A DNA stretch of 64,000 nucleotides from the IMG/VR virus record IMGVR_UViG_3300017917_003859, positions 32,001-96,000 of that record; one strand, 5' to 3'. The DNA comes from a virus. This document shows, piece after piece, positions 9,962-20,700 of the stretch. Within the stretch, counting starts at the first letter, position 1. The number at the start of each line of letters is the position of its first letter. The notes beneath the pieces were generated by a model. It saw only the letters and a list, made by a program, of their open reading frames with translations, was not told the origin of the DNA and searched no databases. The position numbers and the translations under genes are program-made.

Positions 9962-11677
9962 ATGAGTTCAATTCAAACATTATTAGAATCAGCTAACCCA
10001 TGGAAATCACTTCAAAGTGATGCTGCTAAGTTAGCTACTAAATGGTCTAAAACAGGATTATTAGAGCATTTAGGAAATGACGTGGATAAAAATAACATGT
10101 CAATCTTATTAGAAAACCAAGCAAAACAGTTAGTAGTAGAAGCTAGCTCAACTGGTGCTGGTGCAACTGCAGGTACTTTTACTGTAGGTCAATCTGAAAA
10201 CTGGGCAGGTATTGCTTTACCATTAGTACGTAAAGTATTTGGTCAAATCGCTGCAAAAGAATTTGTTAGCGTTCAACCAATGAACTTACCTTCAGGTCTA
10301 GTGTTTTTCTTAGATTTCCAATACGGAACTAGCAAAAACCCATTCTCTTCAGGTGATTCACTTTATGGTACTCGTAGCGCAACTGGTCAGTTTCCATTCT
10401 CTACTACTGATACAACTGGTGGTTTATATGGTGCAGGTCGTTTTGCTTATTCAACTAACCAATTCTCAGCTTCAGTATTTATTACTGGTTCTGCTAACGG
10501 TGGTACTTTACCAGTTGTTGGTCCTGGAACAGGTTCAATTGTAACAGCTTCTTGGTCTGACTTAAACTTTGACGCTAATTACTCTGCTTCAGTAATTGCT
10601 AATGGAATTTACAAAGTTACTGTTCCTACAGCTTCTGGAGTATTATCTAACTTTGATCCAGATGGAGTTCGTGCGTTTGTTTTAACTACTGGTTCTTGGG
10701 CTACTGTAGCTAATTCTTTACCAGCATTTACATCTTACAACTACACTAACAACTCAATTACATTCTTTTTCACAGCTTCAGCTACATTAGCTGCTACTAT
10801 AGCTGGTGATAAAGCTGTAATTTATTACAATAAGATTACTGCTGATAACAATCGTGGTGATTTTGAAGATACAAGTTCTCCTTCATTCTCAGTTCCAAAT
10901 GCTGCTAGCGCTACAGCAATTTCTATCCCAGAAATCAATATCAAGATGCAATCTCAAGCTATCACTGCTAAAACTAAAAAGTTAAAAGCTGTATGGACTC
11001 CTGAATTTGCTCAAGATTTAAACGCTTATCAGAACATTGATGCTGAAGCTGAATTAACTAACATCATGAGTGAATATATTTCAATGGAAATTGATCTTGA
11101 AATTCTTGATATGTTAATCGAAGATGCTTCTGCAGCTACTGAATATTGGACAGTTCAAAATAACATCGCTTTAGGTGCTAGTGGTATTACTAATAGTAAC
11201 TTAGGTTTCTATAACACTCAAGGTGGTTGGTTCCAAACTCTTGGTACTAAAATGCAAAAAGTAAGTAACAAGATTCACCAATTAACTCTTCGTGGTGGTG
11301 CAAATTTCTTAGTATGTTCTCCAACAGTTGCTACTGTATTAGAATCAATCCCAGGATTTGCTGCTAACACTAATGGTGATGCTGCTAACATGGAATATGC
11401 AATGGGTGTTCAGAAAGTAGGTCAAATCAATAACCGTTACACAGTTTATAAGAACCCTTATATGACTGAAAACGTAATTTTGATGGGCTTCCGCGGTAAA
11501 CAATTCCTTGAATCAGGTGCTGTTTTCGCTCCATACATTCCGTTAATTATGACTCCTCTAGTGTACGATCCAAATACCTTCACTCCACGTAAAGGTTTAA
11601 TGACTCGTTACGCTAAGAAGATGTTACGTCCAGAATTTTATGGACGCATCTACGTGTCAGGTCTAAATACACTTTAA
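9962..11677 (+). CDS. Major capsid protein (T4 gp23-like)
   Basis: ILLENQ, LPLVRKVF, VSVQPMNLPSGLVF, KLKAVWTPEFAQDL, APYIPL, FTPRKGLMTRY signatures. Confidence 0.96.
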   Translation: MSSIQTLLESANPWKSLQSDAAKLATKWSKTGLLEHLGNDVDKNNMSILLENQAKQLVVEASSTGAGATAGTFTVGQSENWAGIALPLVRKVFGQIAAKEFVSVQPMNLPSGLVFFLDFQYGTSKNPFSSGDSLYGTRSATGQFPFSTTDTTGGLYGAGRFAYSTNQFSASVFITGSANGGTLPVVGPGTGSIVTASWSDLNFDANYSASVIANGIYKVTVPTASGVLSNFDPDGVRAFVLTTGSWATVANSLPAFTSYNYTNNSITFFFTASATLAATIAGDKAVIYYNKITADNNRGDFEDTSSPSFSVPNAASATAISIPEINIKMQSQAITAKTKKLKAVWTPEFAQDLNAYQNIDAEAELTNIMSEYISMEIDLEILDMLIEDASAATEYWTVQNNIALGASGITNSNLGFYNTQGGWFQTLGTKMQKVSNKIHQLTLRGGANFLVCSPTVATVLESIPGFAANTNGDAANMEYAMGVQKVGQINNRYTVYKNPYMTENVILMGFRGKQFLESGAVFAPYIPLIMTPLVYDPNTFTPRKGLMTRYAKKMLRPEFYGRIYVSGLNTL

Positions 11678-11698
11678 TATTTAAATAAAGTGAAGAAG

Positions 11699-11725
11699 AG
11701 AGCCGCATTTTTGCGGCTCTTTTTA
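11699..11725 (+). terminator. Intrinsic terminator after capsid gene
   Basis: AGAGCCGCA-TTTT-TGCGGCTCT followed by T run. Confidence 0.85.
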
Positions 11726-11757
11726 ATATTTATAATAGACCCGAAGATTCAAGGCTT

Positions 11758-12339
11758 ATGAAACAATGTAAAAGATGCAGTGTAGAAAAACAATTAACAG
11801 AATTCTGTAATAGAAAAGGTGAAATAGATGGTAAACATCGATATTGTAAATCTTGTTTAAAAAAAGAAAATGATCAATGGTATCATACTACTAAACAAAA
11901 TAGATCAAATTATTATAAAGAATATCGCAAACAAAATAAAGAATATTTTAATAAATATTGCTATATTCACTATCATACAAATAAAGATTTATATAGAGAA
12001 TGGAATAAAAATAAATACCATTCAGACCCAATATTTAGAATAAAACATGTAACTTCTGCTCGCATATTTGAAGCTCTTAAAACTTATCAAACATTCAAAC
12101 GAGATCGTACTATAGAATATTTAGGATGTACTATAGAAAAATACACACAATATCTTGAATCTAAATTTACCTCAGAAATGAATTGGGAAAATTATGGAGT
12201 ATATTGGGAAATAGATCATATTAAACCTATAGATTCTTTTGATTTAAACATAGAAAAAAATTTATATGTTTGTTTTCATTATACCAATACTCAACCTTTA
12301 GAAAAAAGTCAAAATCGAAAAAAAAGTAATAATATATAA
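11758..12339 (+). CDS. HNH endonuclease with N-terminal CxxC pairs (free-standing homing-type)
   Basis: CKRC..CKSC, then WEIDHIKP...CFHYTNTQPL..N HNH motif; own TATTTATA at 11727. Confidence 0.85.
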   Translation: MKQCKRCSVEKQLTEFCNRKGEIDGKHRYCKSCLKKENDQWYHTTKQNRSNYYKEYRKQNKEYFNKYCYIHYHTNKDLYREWNKNKYHSDPIFRIKHVTSARIFEALKTYQTFKRDRTIEYLGCTIEKYTQYLESKFTSEMNWENYGVYWEIDHIKPIDSFDLNIEKNLYVCFHYTNTQPLEKSQNRKKSNNI

Positions 12340-12350
12340 TTTATAGAATT

Positions 12351-12380
12351 AGCCGAGCAAAAGCTCGGCTTTTTCTTTTT
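12351..12380 (+). terminator. Intrinsic terminator after HNH
   Basis: AGCCGAGC-AAAA-GCTCGGCT followed by T-rich tail. Confidence 0.85.
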
Positions 12381-12430
12381 AAATTTGGTTGTTAAATTAG
12401 TCTATCTATATTTATAATAAATTAATTACT

Positions 12431-13111
12431 ATGGTTGATAATAATGATGAGGTTTTTAAAAATAAAAAGAAACCAAAAAACCCAATTAAGTTCAAATTAG
12501 AACTTAATGAAGAACAAAAAGAAGCAAAACAAACTATTTTAGATAACCCAGTAGTATTACTTAAAGGAATGGCAGGTAGCGGTAAAACATTGTTAGCTTG
12601 TCAAGTTGCTTTAGATATGGTTTTTAAACAAGAATTAGAAAAAATAGTAATAACTCGTCCAACTGTATCTAAAGAAGAAATAGGATTTTTACCAGGTGAT
12701 TTAAAGGAAAAAATGGACCCTTGGTTAGCTCCAATTTATGCTAATTTATATCTATTATATGATAAAGATAAAATAGATAAAATGGTATTAGAAAACAAAA
12801 TAGAAATAGTTCCATTTGCATTTATGAGAGGTAGAACATTTCCAAATTGTTTTGTAATAATAGATGAATGTCAAAACATTACTCATTCACAAACTGAAAT
12901 GATTTTAGGTCGTTTAGGTAAAGGAGGTAAAATGGTATTTTGTGGTGATTTATCTCAAGTAGATTTAAAAAGTAAAAAAGACTCAGGAATTAGTTTTTTT
13001 ACTCGATTAGAAGAACGAATTAAAGGAGTAAAAATTGTTATTCTTAAGAAAAATCATCGTCATGAAATTGTTGAGGAAATTCTTAAAACATACGAAGAAT
13101 TTAGAGACTAA
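12431..13111 (+). CDS. phoH: PhoH-family ATPase
   Basis: GMAGSGKT, ITRP, IGFLPGDLKEKMDPW, FMRGRTF, IIDECQN, GDLSQVD motifs. Confidence 0.95.
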   Translation: MVDNNDEVFKNKKKPKNPIKFKLELNEEQKEAKQTILDNPVVLLKGMAGSGKTLLACQVALDMVFKQELEKIVITRPTVSKEEIGFLPGDLKEKMDPWLAPIYANLYLLYDKDKIDKMVLENKIEIVPFAFMRGRTFPNCFVIIDECQNITHSQTEMILGRLGKGGKMVFCGDLSQVDLKSKKDSGISFFTRLEERIKGVKIVILKKNHRHEIVEEILKTYEEFRD

Positions 13112-13136
13112 ATTAATTTGAAATTTTATTAAATAT

Positions 13137-13167
13137 AAAAGGATAACAGATGTTGTCCTTTTTATTT
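13137..13167 (+). terminator. Intrinsic terminator after phoH (possibly bidirectional)
   Basis: AAAAGGATAAC-AGAT-GTTGTCCTTTTT. Confidence 0.75.
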
Positions 13168-13210
13168 ACCTAAATAAAATATACATTTTACTAATTTTAT
13201 TACCTAAATA

Positions 13211-13240
13211 TTTGGCGTATTCAACTAAATTATATATTTT
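13211..13240 (+). promoter_or_regulatory. Bacteroidota-type promoter TTTG-N18-TATATTTT for the T9SS cassette
   Basis: TTTG at 13211 and TATATTTT at 13233; same architecture recurs before replication genes. Confidence 0.5.
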
Positions 13241-13282
13241 TAGTATTAAATTAATTTATAGTTATAAACAAAACAAAGTAAA

Positions 13283-15997
13283 ATGAAAAAATTATTTTTA
13301 AGTTTGATTATTGTATTGAGTTTCTCAATCTTTAATCTAAAAGCAGGTCATGGTATGCCTTTAGTAAATCCTTCATTCACTGTAGGAACAACTGGATTAA
13401 CCTTTACTGCAAGTTCAAATGCTGCTACTTGCGGTGGTGGCCCATATTGGTTACAAGTAGAATTACGTTGTACTTCTAGTCAATTAACCGGAACACCTCC
13501 TTCAACCATGCAAACCAACTTATTAAACTGGACAGGCCCAGGAGTAAATTATAATAGCTTTCCTTGGTTTAATTCTTTATTGAATGTTCCTAATTATACA
13601 TTCCCTACTTGGACTGATAATTGTACTACAGAGCCTTACAACTCCGTCTTTATATCTTTCACTGGATTATGTCCCGGACAAACATATTTCTTTTCAGCTC
13701 GTGAGTGGGTGAGTGGTACTAATTCTGTTGGTCCTTGGACAACACCTTCTTCTTTTGTAGTACCAGGTACATTTGTTCCATTAAATTTTAATGTAACTGC
13801 TTCACCTAGTATATTTTGTTCACCTGGATCTTCAACTTTAACTATAAGTAGTATAACTGGAGGATGCGGCCAGACAAACATTCAATGGTTACCTGGTGGT
13901 TCTACTTTAAATCCTATAGTTGTATCACCTGCTTCAACAACTAACTATACTGCTTTAGTTACTACTCCTTGTAATACTTTATCCAAAGTAATAACAGTAA
14001 CTGTAGTTCCAAACGTCAGTGCTGCCTTTACTCCCTTAAATACAAATACTTGCGCAGGAATTCCAGTACAATATAATCATACAGGAACAGCAGGTGTATC
14101 TCATATTTGGAGTGTTTTTCCTATTGGAGCTACTATTAGTAGTAATACAATTTCAAACCCATCAATAACCTTTAACAACCCAGGACTATACACTATTTCT
14201 CATACAGTATCTGTAGGAACTTGTAGTAATGTAGTTACAACAACTGCTAATATAACAGGAATAGGCGCATCATTTACATCTAGTAATCCAAATCAATGTT
14301 TACAAAATAATAGTTTTACATTTAATTCAACAGCTACTGTTGGTACACAGTCTTATACTTTTTCACCATCTATAGGTTCTCCACCATCAAGTAATACTCC
14401 AAATTATGGCCCTGTCAGCTTTACATCTCCAGGAACATATACTGTAACTTACTCAAATACTAATTCTGGATGTACTTCTTCAACGTATTCTGTGATTAAT
14501 ATTTATCCTACCCCAACACTAGCTGTCTCTAATAGTGGACCTGTTTGTGAAGGAAATAATATTAATTTAACTTTAACAACAACAGCTACTAGCTATAGTT
14601 GGACAGGTCCTAATGGTTTTACTTCTACATTACAAAATCCATCTATAACATCTACATCAGTAGCGAATTCAGGTACATACCAAATTAATGTAGCTAGTGT
14701 TAATAATTGTACTAATACTAGTAATACTAATGTTGTTATTAATCCTCCTCCTCAAATAACAGTAACTACTCCAACAGCATGCTCCGGAGGTTCTTTTTCT
14801 ATAAATTCTTTTGGAGGTATAAACTATACTTGGACTGGTCCTAATAGTTATACATCTAATTCACAAAATTTATTTTTTACAAATGCTAATTCAAATTTAA
14901 ATGGATTGTATACTGTGGTTGGCACTGATGTTAATGGTTGTATAGGAACCAATACTGTTTTAGTTAATGTTAATCCGTCATTCACTATAAGCATAAACAA
15001 CAATAGTCCAATATGTGCTGGTTCTGTATTACAACTTAACAGCCCTCCAGGATTTATATATAATTGGTCTGGTCCGAATGGATTTAGCTCAACACAGCAA
15101 ACACCACAACTAAGCAATGTATCATCACAAACTACAGGACAGTATTCGTTAAATGTTCAAGATAATAATGGATGTCAAGGTAGTGCTGTAACTAATGTTA
15201 TTGTTAATCCTTCACCTCAACTCAGTATTACCAACTCCAAAGATAAAATATGTACTCCAGCATGTGTTGATTTTACATTAAATGCTAGTTCTAGTTTAGC
15301 ATCTTTAATTTGGGAATTTATCAGTGGTGTATCTACAAATACAAATACTTCAACTCAATGTTATACTAAAGGAGGAATATACACATCAACAGCAACTGCT
15401 ACTGATGTAAATGGATGTATTAGTGTTATAACTCATAGTGTGGAAGTATATGATACACCAACTGCTGATTTTATTTTCTCACCTTTAAAACCTATCGAGA
15501 ATGAATATGTACAATTTTCTAATGCCTCTTACGGAGCACCATTAACTAGTATGATAAATGGATGGTATATAAATAATGAACTTACTTCATTTGCTAACAG
15601 TCCTCAAATAGCATTCCAATATCCTGGAGACTATCTTGTGACTTTAATAGTTTTAACTACTCATGGTTGTAGTGATACTATTTCTAAAATAGTAAATATA
15701 AAAGAAAATTATTATTTATGGGTACCAAATTCATTTACCCCAAATAATGATGGATTAAATGATACATTCCAGCCAAAAGGTCAAGGAATTGCTAAGTACG
15801 AGTTGATGGTGTTTGATCGTTGGGGTGAAATGATTTTTAAAACTAAGGAATTTAATCAAGGGTGGGATGGTAAACATCATAGAGGTATAGATTATGGTAT
15901 TTATTGTAAAGATGATGTATATACTTGGTTAATAAAAGTAACTGATGTTTTTGGTAAATCACATGAATTAAAAGGACATGTTACATTAATAAAATAA
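13283..15997 (+). CDS. Secreted Ig/PKD-repeat protein with T9SS type-B (gliding-motility-associated) C-terminal domain
   Basis: Sec signal peptide; three WxGPN Ig-like repeats; PKD-like FQYPGDYLVTL; C-terminal VPNSFTPNNDGLNDTF..VFDRWG..GWDG..KGHVTLIK. Confidence 0.9.
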   Translation: MKKLFLSLIIVLSFSIFNLKAGHGMPLVNPSFTVGTTGLTFTASSNAATCGGGPYWLQVELRCTSSQLTGTPPSTMQTNLLNWTGPGVNYNSFPWFNSLLNVPNYTFPTWTDNCTTEPYNSVFISFTGLCPGQTYFFSAREWVSGTNSVGPWTTPSSFVVPGTFVPLNFNVTASPSIFCSPGSSTLTISSITGGCGQTNIQWLPGGSTLNPIVVSPASTTNYTALVTTPCNTLSKVITVTVVPNVSAAFTPLNTNTCAGIPVQYNHTGTAGVSHIWSVFPIGATISSNTISNPSITFNNPGLYTISHTVSVGTCSNVVTTTANITGIGASFTSSNPNQCLQNNSFTFNSTATVGTQSYTFSPSIGSPPSSNTPNYGPVSFTSPGTYTVTYSNTNSGCTSSTYSVINIYPTPTLAVSNSGPVCEGNNINLTLTTTATSYSWTGPNGFTSTLQNPSITSTSVANSGTYQINVASVNNCTNTSNTNVVINPPPQITVTTPTACSGGSFSINSFGGINYTWTGPNSYTSNSQNLFFTNANSNLNGLYTVVGTDVNGCIGTNTVLVNVNPSFTISINNNSPICAGSVLQLNSPPGFIYNWSGPNGFSSTQQTPQLSNVSSQTTGQYSLNVQDNNGCQGSAVTNVIVNPSPQLSITNSKDKICTPACVDFTLNASSSLASLIWEFISGVSTNTNTSTQCYTKGGIYTSTATATDVNGCISVITHSVEVYDTPTADFIFSPLKPIENEYVQFSNASYGAPLTSMINGWYINNELTSFANSPQIAFQYPGDYLVTLIVLTTHGCSDTISKIVNIKENYYLWVPNSFTPNNDGLNDTFQPKGQGIAKYELMVFDRWGEMIFKTKEFNQGWDGKHHRGIDYGIYCKDDVYTWLIKVTDVFGKSHELKGHVTLIK

Positions 15998-15999
15998 AA

Positions 16000-17280
16000 A
16001 TGAGAAAAATATTATTAATTATATTTTTATTTGTACTTAATATAAGTAAATCCCAAATGTGTAATACAGCTCCTACTAATATGGGAGCTATTACACCCCT
16101 AACGGCTTGGACAAACGTAGCTGCTAATTTAGGAGCTAAAAGATATTGGACTTTCAATGCTACAGCAGGATGTACTTATGATTTTAGTTCTTGTAATGGT
16201 ACAAATACAAATGATACTTATTTAAGATTATATTCTGGTATAAGTCCATTAACAGCAATATTACAAACTTCAAATGATGATTTTGGAGTTTGGTGTACAG
16301 GAAGTACAAAAGCCTCATTATCTTGGGCGTGTACAGTAAGTGGAGCTTATTCTATTTTATTAACAAATTATTCTTGTGCTAACTTATCTCAAAATTCAAT
16401 ATTTAGTTATAAAGTAACTTGCCCAGTTATTCCTTCTAATAATAATTGTTCAGGAGCAATTGCTATAGGTATTCCTTATACAAGCCCAGTGACCTCAAAC
16501 AATGGAGCTACAGACGATGTGCCAACAAGCATCTCAGGTTGTGGCACACAGGGATCTAATATTTGGTATAAAGTTGTAGGTAATAACAATCAATTAACCG
16601 CTACTACATGTAATGCATCTACAAACTTTGATACTGAAGTGAGAGTATATACTGGAACTTGTTCTTCTCTTAATTCTATGGTTGAAATAGGATGTAACGA
16701 TGATGATGGAGCATGCGCTGCTGGAATTTTAAAATCAACAGTAACATGGTGTTCTTTATCAGGAACTACTTATTATATTTCAGTAGGATATTTTGCTTCT
16801 GGAGCAGGATATGGTAATTTTGTTCTATCAGTTACTAATGGAGCTGTTTGTTCTGTCTTACCTATAGAACTAATTCAATTTGAAGGTCAAAATAAAGATA
16901 TATATAATTATATTAGTTGGGTAACTGCTAATGAAATAAATAATAATTATTTTATTTTAGAAAGAAGTATAGATGGAGAAAATTGGTCTATAATTAATAC
17001 TCAAACTGGAGCTGGAACCTCTAATGCTCCTAAAATGTATGAACATAAAGATTATTATTTTGATAAAAACAATATTAATTATTATAAATTAAGTCAAGTA
17101 GATTTTAATAATCAAAAAACATATTTTAATGTTATAGCAATTGATTTTAAAAAACAATCTACTTGTGAAATATATGAATATTATGATTTATTAGGTAAAA
17201 AAATTAATATACAAGAAGTTATTCCTGGAATTTATCTGAGAAAATGTAATGATAAAATTGAAAAATTTATAAAAAATTAA
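16000..17280 (+). CDS. Cys-rich secreted protein with T9SS type-A-like C-terminal region
   Basis: Signal peptide ending SKS-Q; two (S/C)NDD-containing beta domains; LPIELIQFEG..WVTANEINNNYFILERSIDG; terminal YDLLGK..GIYL..KFIK. Confidence 0.8.
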   Translation: MRKILLIIFLFVLNISKSQMCNTAPTNMGAITPLTAWTNVAANLGAKRYWTFNATAGCTYDFSSCNGTNTNDTYLRLYSGISPLTAILQTSNDDFGVWCTGSTKASLSWACTVSGAYSILLTNYSCANLSQNSIFSYKVTCPVIPSNNNCSGAIAIGIPYTSPVTSNNGATDDVPTSISGCGTQGSNIWYKVVGNNNQLTATTCNASTNFDTEVRVYTGTCSSLNSMVEIGCNDDDGACAAGILKSTVTWCSLSGTTYYISVGYFASGAGYGNFVLSVTNGAVCSVLPIELIQFEGQNKDIYNYISWVTANEINNNYFILERSIDGENWSIINTQTGAGTSNAPKMYEHKDYYFDKNNINYYKLSQVDFNNQKTYFNVIAIDFKKQSTCEIYEYYDLLGKKINIQEVIPGIYLRKCNDKIEKFIKN

Positions 17281-17304
17281 ATAAAAATATATACTATTAT
17301 TTTG

Positions 17305-17334
17305 AATCCCTCTATCAATTAGAGGGATTTTTTT
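17305..17334 (+). terminator. Intrinsic terminator closing the T9SS cassette
   Basis: AATCCCTCTA-TCAAT-TAGAGGGATT followed by T run. Confidence 0.85.
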
Positions 17335-17365
17335 ATTGTTTTAAATATTTATAATAAAACATAAT

Positions 17366-17746
17366 ATGTCAGCAGGTAGGTATTCATTTGTTATAGAACA
17401 AGGTTCAACATTAAATTTAGAACTCCAATATAAAGATGCTAGTGGAAATCCAATAGATTTAACAGATTATAATGGTAGAATGCAAATTCGTCCTTCAATT
17501 GCTTCTAGTACAATTTATATATCTTTAAGTAGTTCTTTACAAGCAGATGGAACAGGATTAAATTTTAGTGGATCAAATGGATCAACTCCTCCTACTTCTG
17601 GTTCAATAGGAGTATATATTTCTGCTATTTCTTCTTCATTGTTAGATTTTGATCAAGCGGTATATGATTTGGAAATATATTCTGGAAGTTATGTATCAAG
17701 AATTTTAGAAGGACAAATTAAATTATCTAAAGAAGTAACTCGATAA
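17366..17746 (+). CDS. Virion structural protein (fibre/baseplate-associated Ig-like)
   Basis: IEQGSTL..PIDLTDY..MQIR..AVYDLEI..RILEG pattern; TATTTATA at 17346; first gene of the fibre cluster. Confidence 0.6.
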   Translation: MSAGRYSFVIEQGSTLNLELQYKDASGNPIDLTDYNGRMQIRPSIASSTIYISLSSSLQADGTGLNFSGSNGSTPPTSGSIGVYISAISSSLLDFDQAVYDLEIYSGSYVSRILEGQIKLSKEVTR

Positions 17747-20700
17747 TGTCAGATTGTATAGGTCCAATTAATATTACTCCTAACAACAATCAAATCAATT
17801 TACAGGATGTTAATAGAACAATCACAGTAATTGATAATAATTGTTGTACTCAGGTTGAAATAACACAACCCATTACTAATGTTATACAAGTACTTACAGG
17901 TCCTATGGGTCCTAAAGGGGAATTCCCCACCTCAGGATCTTTTAATCTTACTGGATCGATTAATGTAAGTGGAAGTATATCTGCTAATAATTTCAATGGA
18001 GGAACATTTAGTGGATCTTTTATAGGTAATTTTAGTGGTTCAGTTTCTTCTAATTTACAAGATGTAACTAATAATGGAAATGTAACTACATTACCTATTA
18101 CTGCTTCTAGTTTTTATGGAAATGGATTGCAAATTGTAGGAAATGCTATTATAACTGGTTCTTTAACTGTAAGTGGTTCAAATACTTTTAGAAATATAGG
18201 TCCCGCTGAATTTACAGGATCATTAGGTGTAAGTGGTTCAATAAATTTTAATAATAATTCAACTCTAATACCTGATTTATTTGGAGGTCCTGGTACTGTA
18301 GATTTAGTAGCAGGGCCCGGGGGATGGGCAGAATTAACTTCAAACAACACTCAATCTTTTATTTGGGTTGATGATAATGGAGCTTATGTAGGTACAAATT
18401 GGGATATTGGAAATTATTTATGGACATTTAATAATAGTGGTTCATTAATAGCTCCAGGTAGAATAGAAGCACCATCATTTACAGGTTCATTAGAAGGTAC
18501 TGCAAGTTATGCTATAACTGCATCCTATGCTTTAAATGTTCCCTTAACTTCATCTTATGCTATACAAGCATTAAGTAGTTCATATGCTGCAACTGCTTCA
18601 CTTGCCCCAGATTATTTACCTTTAACAGGTGGAACAATAAATGGAAATGTAATAGTTAATGGTACGGCATCTATTACTTATTTAAATGTTACTTATGAAT
18701 CTGCCTCTATTATTTATTCTTCTGGTTCAAATCAATTAGGTGATACAATAGATGATATTCAAACATTAATTGGAAAAGTTATTGTAAGTGGTAGTTTTGA
18801 AGTAACTGGAAGTACAAATATTCCTAATTTAACTGGTAGTTTATTTGGAACTGCTAGCTACTCAAATAACTCAGCTACTGCTTCAAATATATTAGGTGGA
18901 AAAGCACCCCATGTTCCCTTCTTTATCACTGATACTAGTTTAGCAACAAGCTCAATTTATCAATCTGGATCTAACACTATAATTATAAACCAAGATAATG
19001 CCACATCAGCAAATCCAGAAGCATTATATGTTTGGCAACCAAGTACAAGCTCATTTAATGTAATAAGTGGTAAAGGTAACTTAAATAACTATCTACAGCT
19101 TAATATTCAAAACACAAACCAAGGAACTGATGCCTCATCAGATGTAGTTGCAACCGCCAATAATGGTAGTGAAGTAGATAACTACATTGATATGGGTATT
19201 AATAATGAGAATTTTGCTGGATTTTTAGGAGGTCCAAATGATTCTTATGTGTATACTCATGGTCATAATTTTTGGATTGGAAATGTAAATGATGGATATA
19301 AATTATATTTCTTTAATAGCTCTAGTTTACAACCAATCATAACATTAAATGCTTTAGATGCTGAAGTTACTGGTTCTTTATTTGGTACTGCCTCTTGGGC
19401 TCAAAATGCTGTAACAGCATCAAATGTAAATACTGCATCTTATGCTTTAACAGCATCTTATGCCTTAAATGTACCAACAACTGCTTCATATGCAATAAGT
19501 TCTTCATATTCTATAACTGCTTCATATGCTTTAAATGCTTTAACTTCATCATATTCTATAAGTGCTTCACATGCTAATATATCTAATGATGCTTTAACAG
19601 CTACCAGTGCATCACATGCTTTAGTAGCAGATAATGCTTTAACAGCAAATTATGCTACAACAGCAGGTAATGGTGGAGTAACACAACTTATAGCAGGATC
19701 GGGTATTACATTATTACCTCCTGGAGGTCAAGGAGCAGTTACAATAGTATCAACTGGAGGTGGAGGTGTTACTATTATATCTGGCTCATTAATAACTGGT
19801 TCATTTATTAATACTACTAGTTATACTTTTAATCATAATTTAAATACTAGAACACCTATTATAACTGTATTTGATTCTAATTATAATCAAATTATACCTG
19901 AAAATATACAGTTAGTAGATAGTTCAAGTGCAATTATAACTTTTCCAACACAAGAAAGTGGATTTGCTATAGGATCAACCGGAGGCACAACCGGTACTGC
20001 TTTATCATCATCATATGCTTTATTTTCAACTTACGCTACTACAGCATCTTTCTATCAAGAAACAGATCCAATATTTACAGCTAAGAGTGCATCTTTAGCA
20101 ACAACAGGATCTAATATATTTAGAGGTAATCAAACGGTAACCGGAAGTCTATTCACAAGTGGCTCAAACACCTTAGTAGGAAACACAGTTTTAAGTGGCA
20201 GTATTAATATAAGTGGTTCTCAAACATTTAATGGTACCTCAGCTTTTTATGGTAACCATACATTGAGTGGTAGCAATACAATTACTGGAAATACTATTTT
20301 AAGTGGTAGTATTGAGGTAAGTGGTTCATCTAATTTTCATAATTCAAGTTTTATAGTAACAGGTTCAACTTCATTTTCTGGAAGTTTTAATGTTAAGGGA
20401 ACTTCTACATTCTCAGATACATCAATGACATTAACTGGTTCACTATTAGTAAGTGGATCTCAAATATTTAATGGTATAATAACAGTAACCGGATCTCAGT
20501 TTTTTAGTGGTTCTTCAAATATTAATGGAGCAGCTTCAATTACAGGCTCATTAAATGTAAGAGACGGAGACATTAATATAGTAAGTGGATCATCATTTAC
20601 AAGATGGGGTAATAAGTTATTTAACTACGGACAATTCTCAGATACTACAATACAAACAGGCTCAGCAAACACTGCGTATGCAATGAGATTTAATACAACA

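Noticed and set aside
13283-17280. Prophage boundary into host chromosome
   Set aside because: Phage genes continue on both sides on the same strand with similar AT richness, and no integrase or att site is visible; treated as an acquired cassette pending read support.
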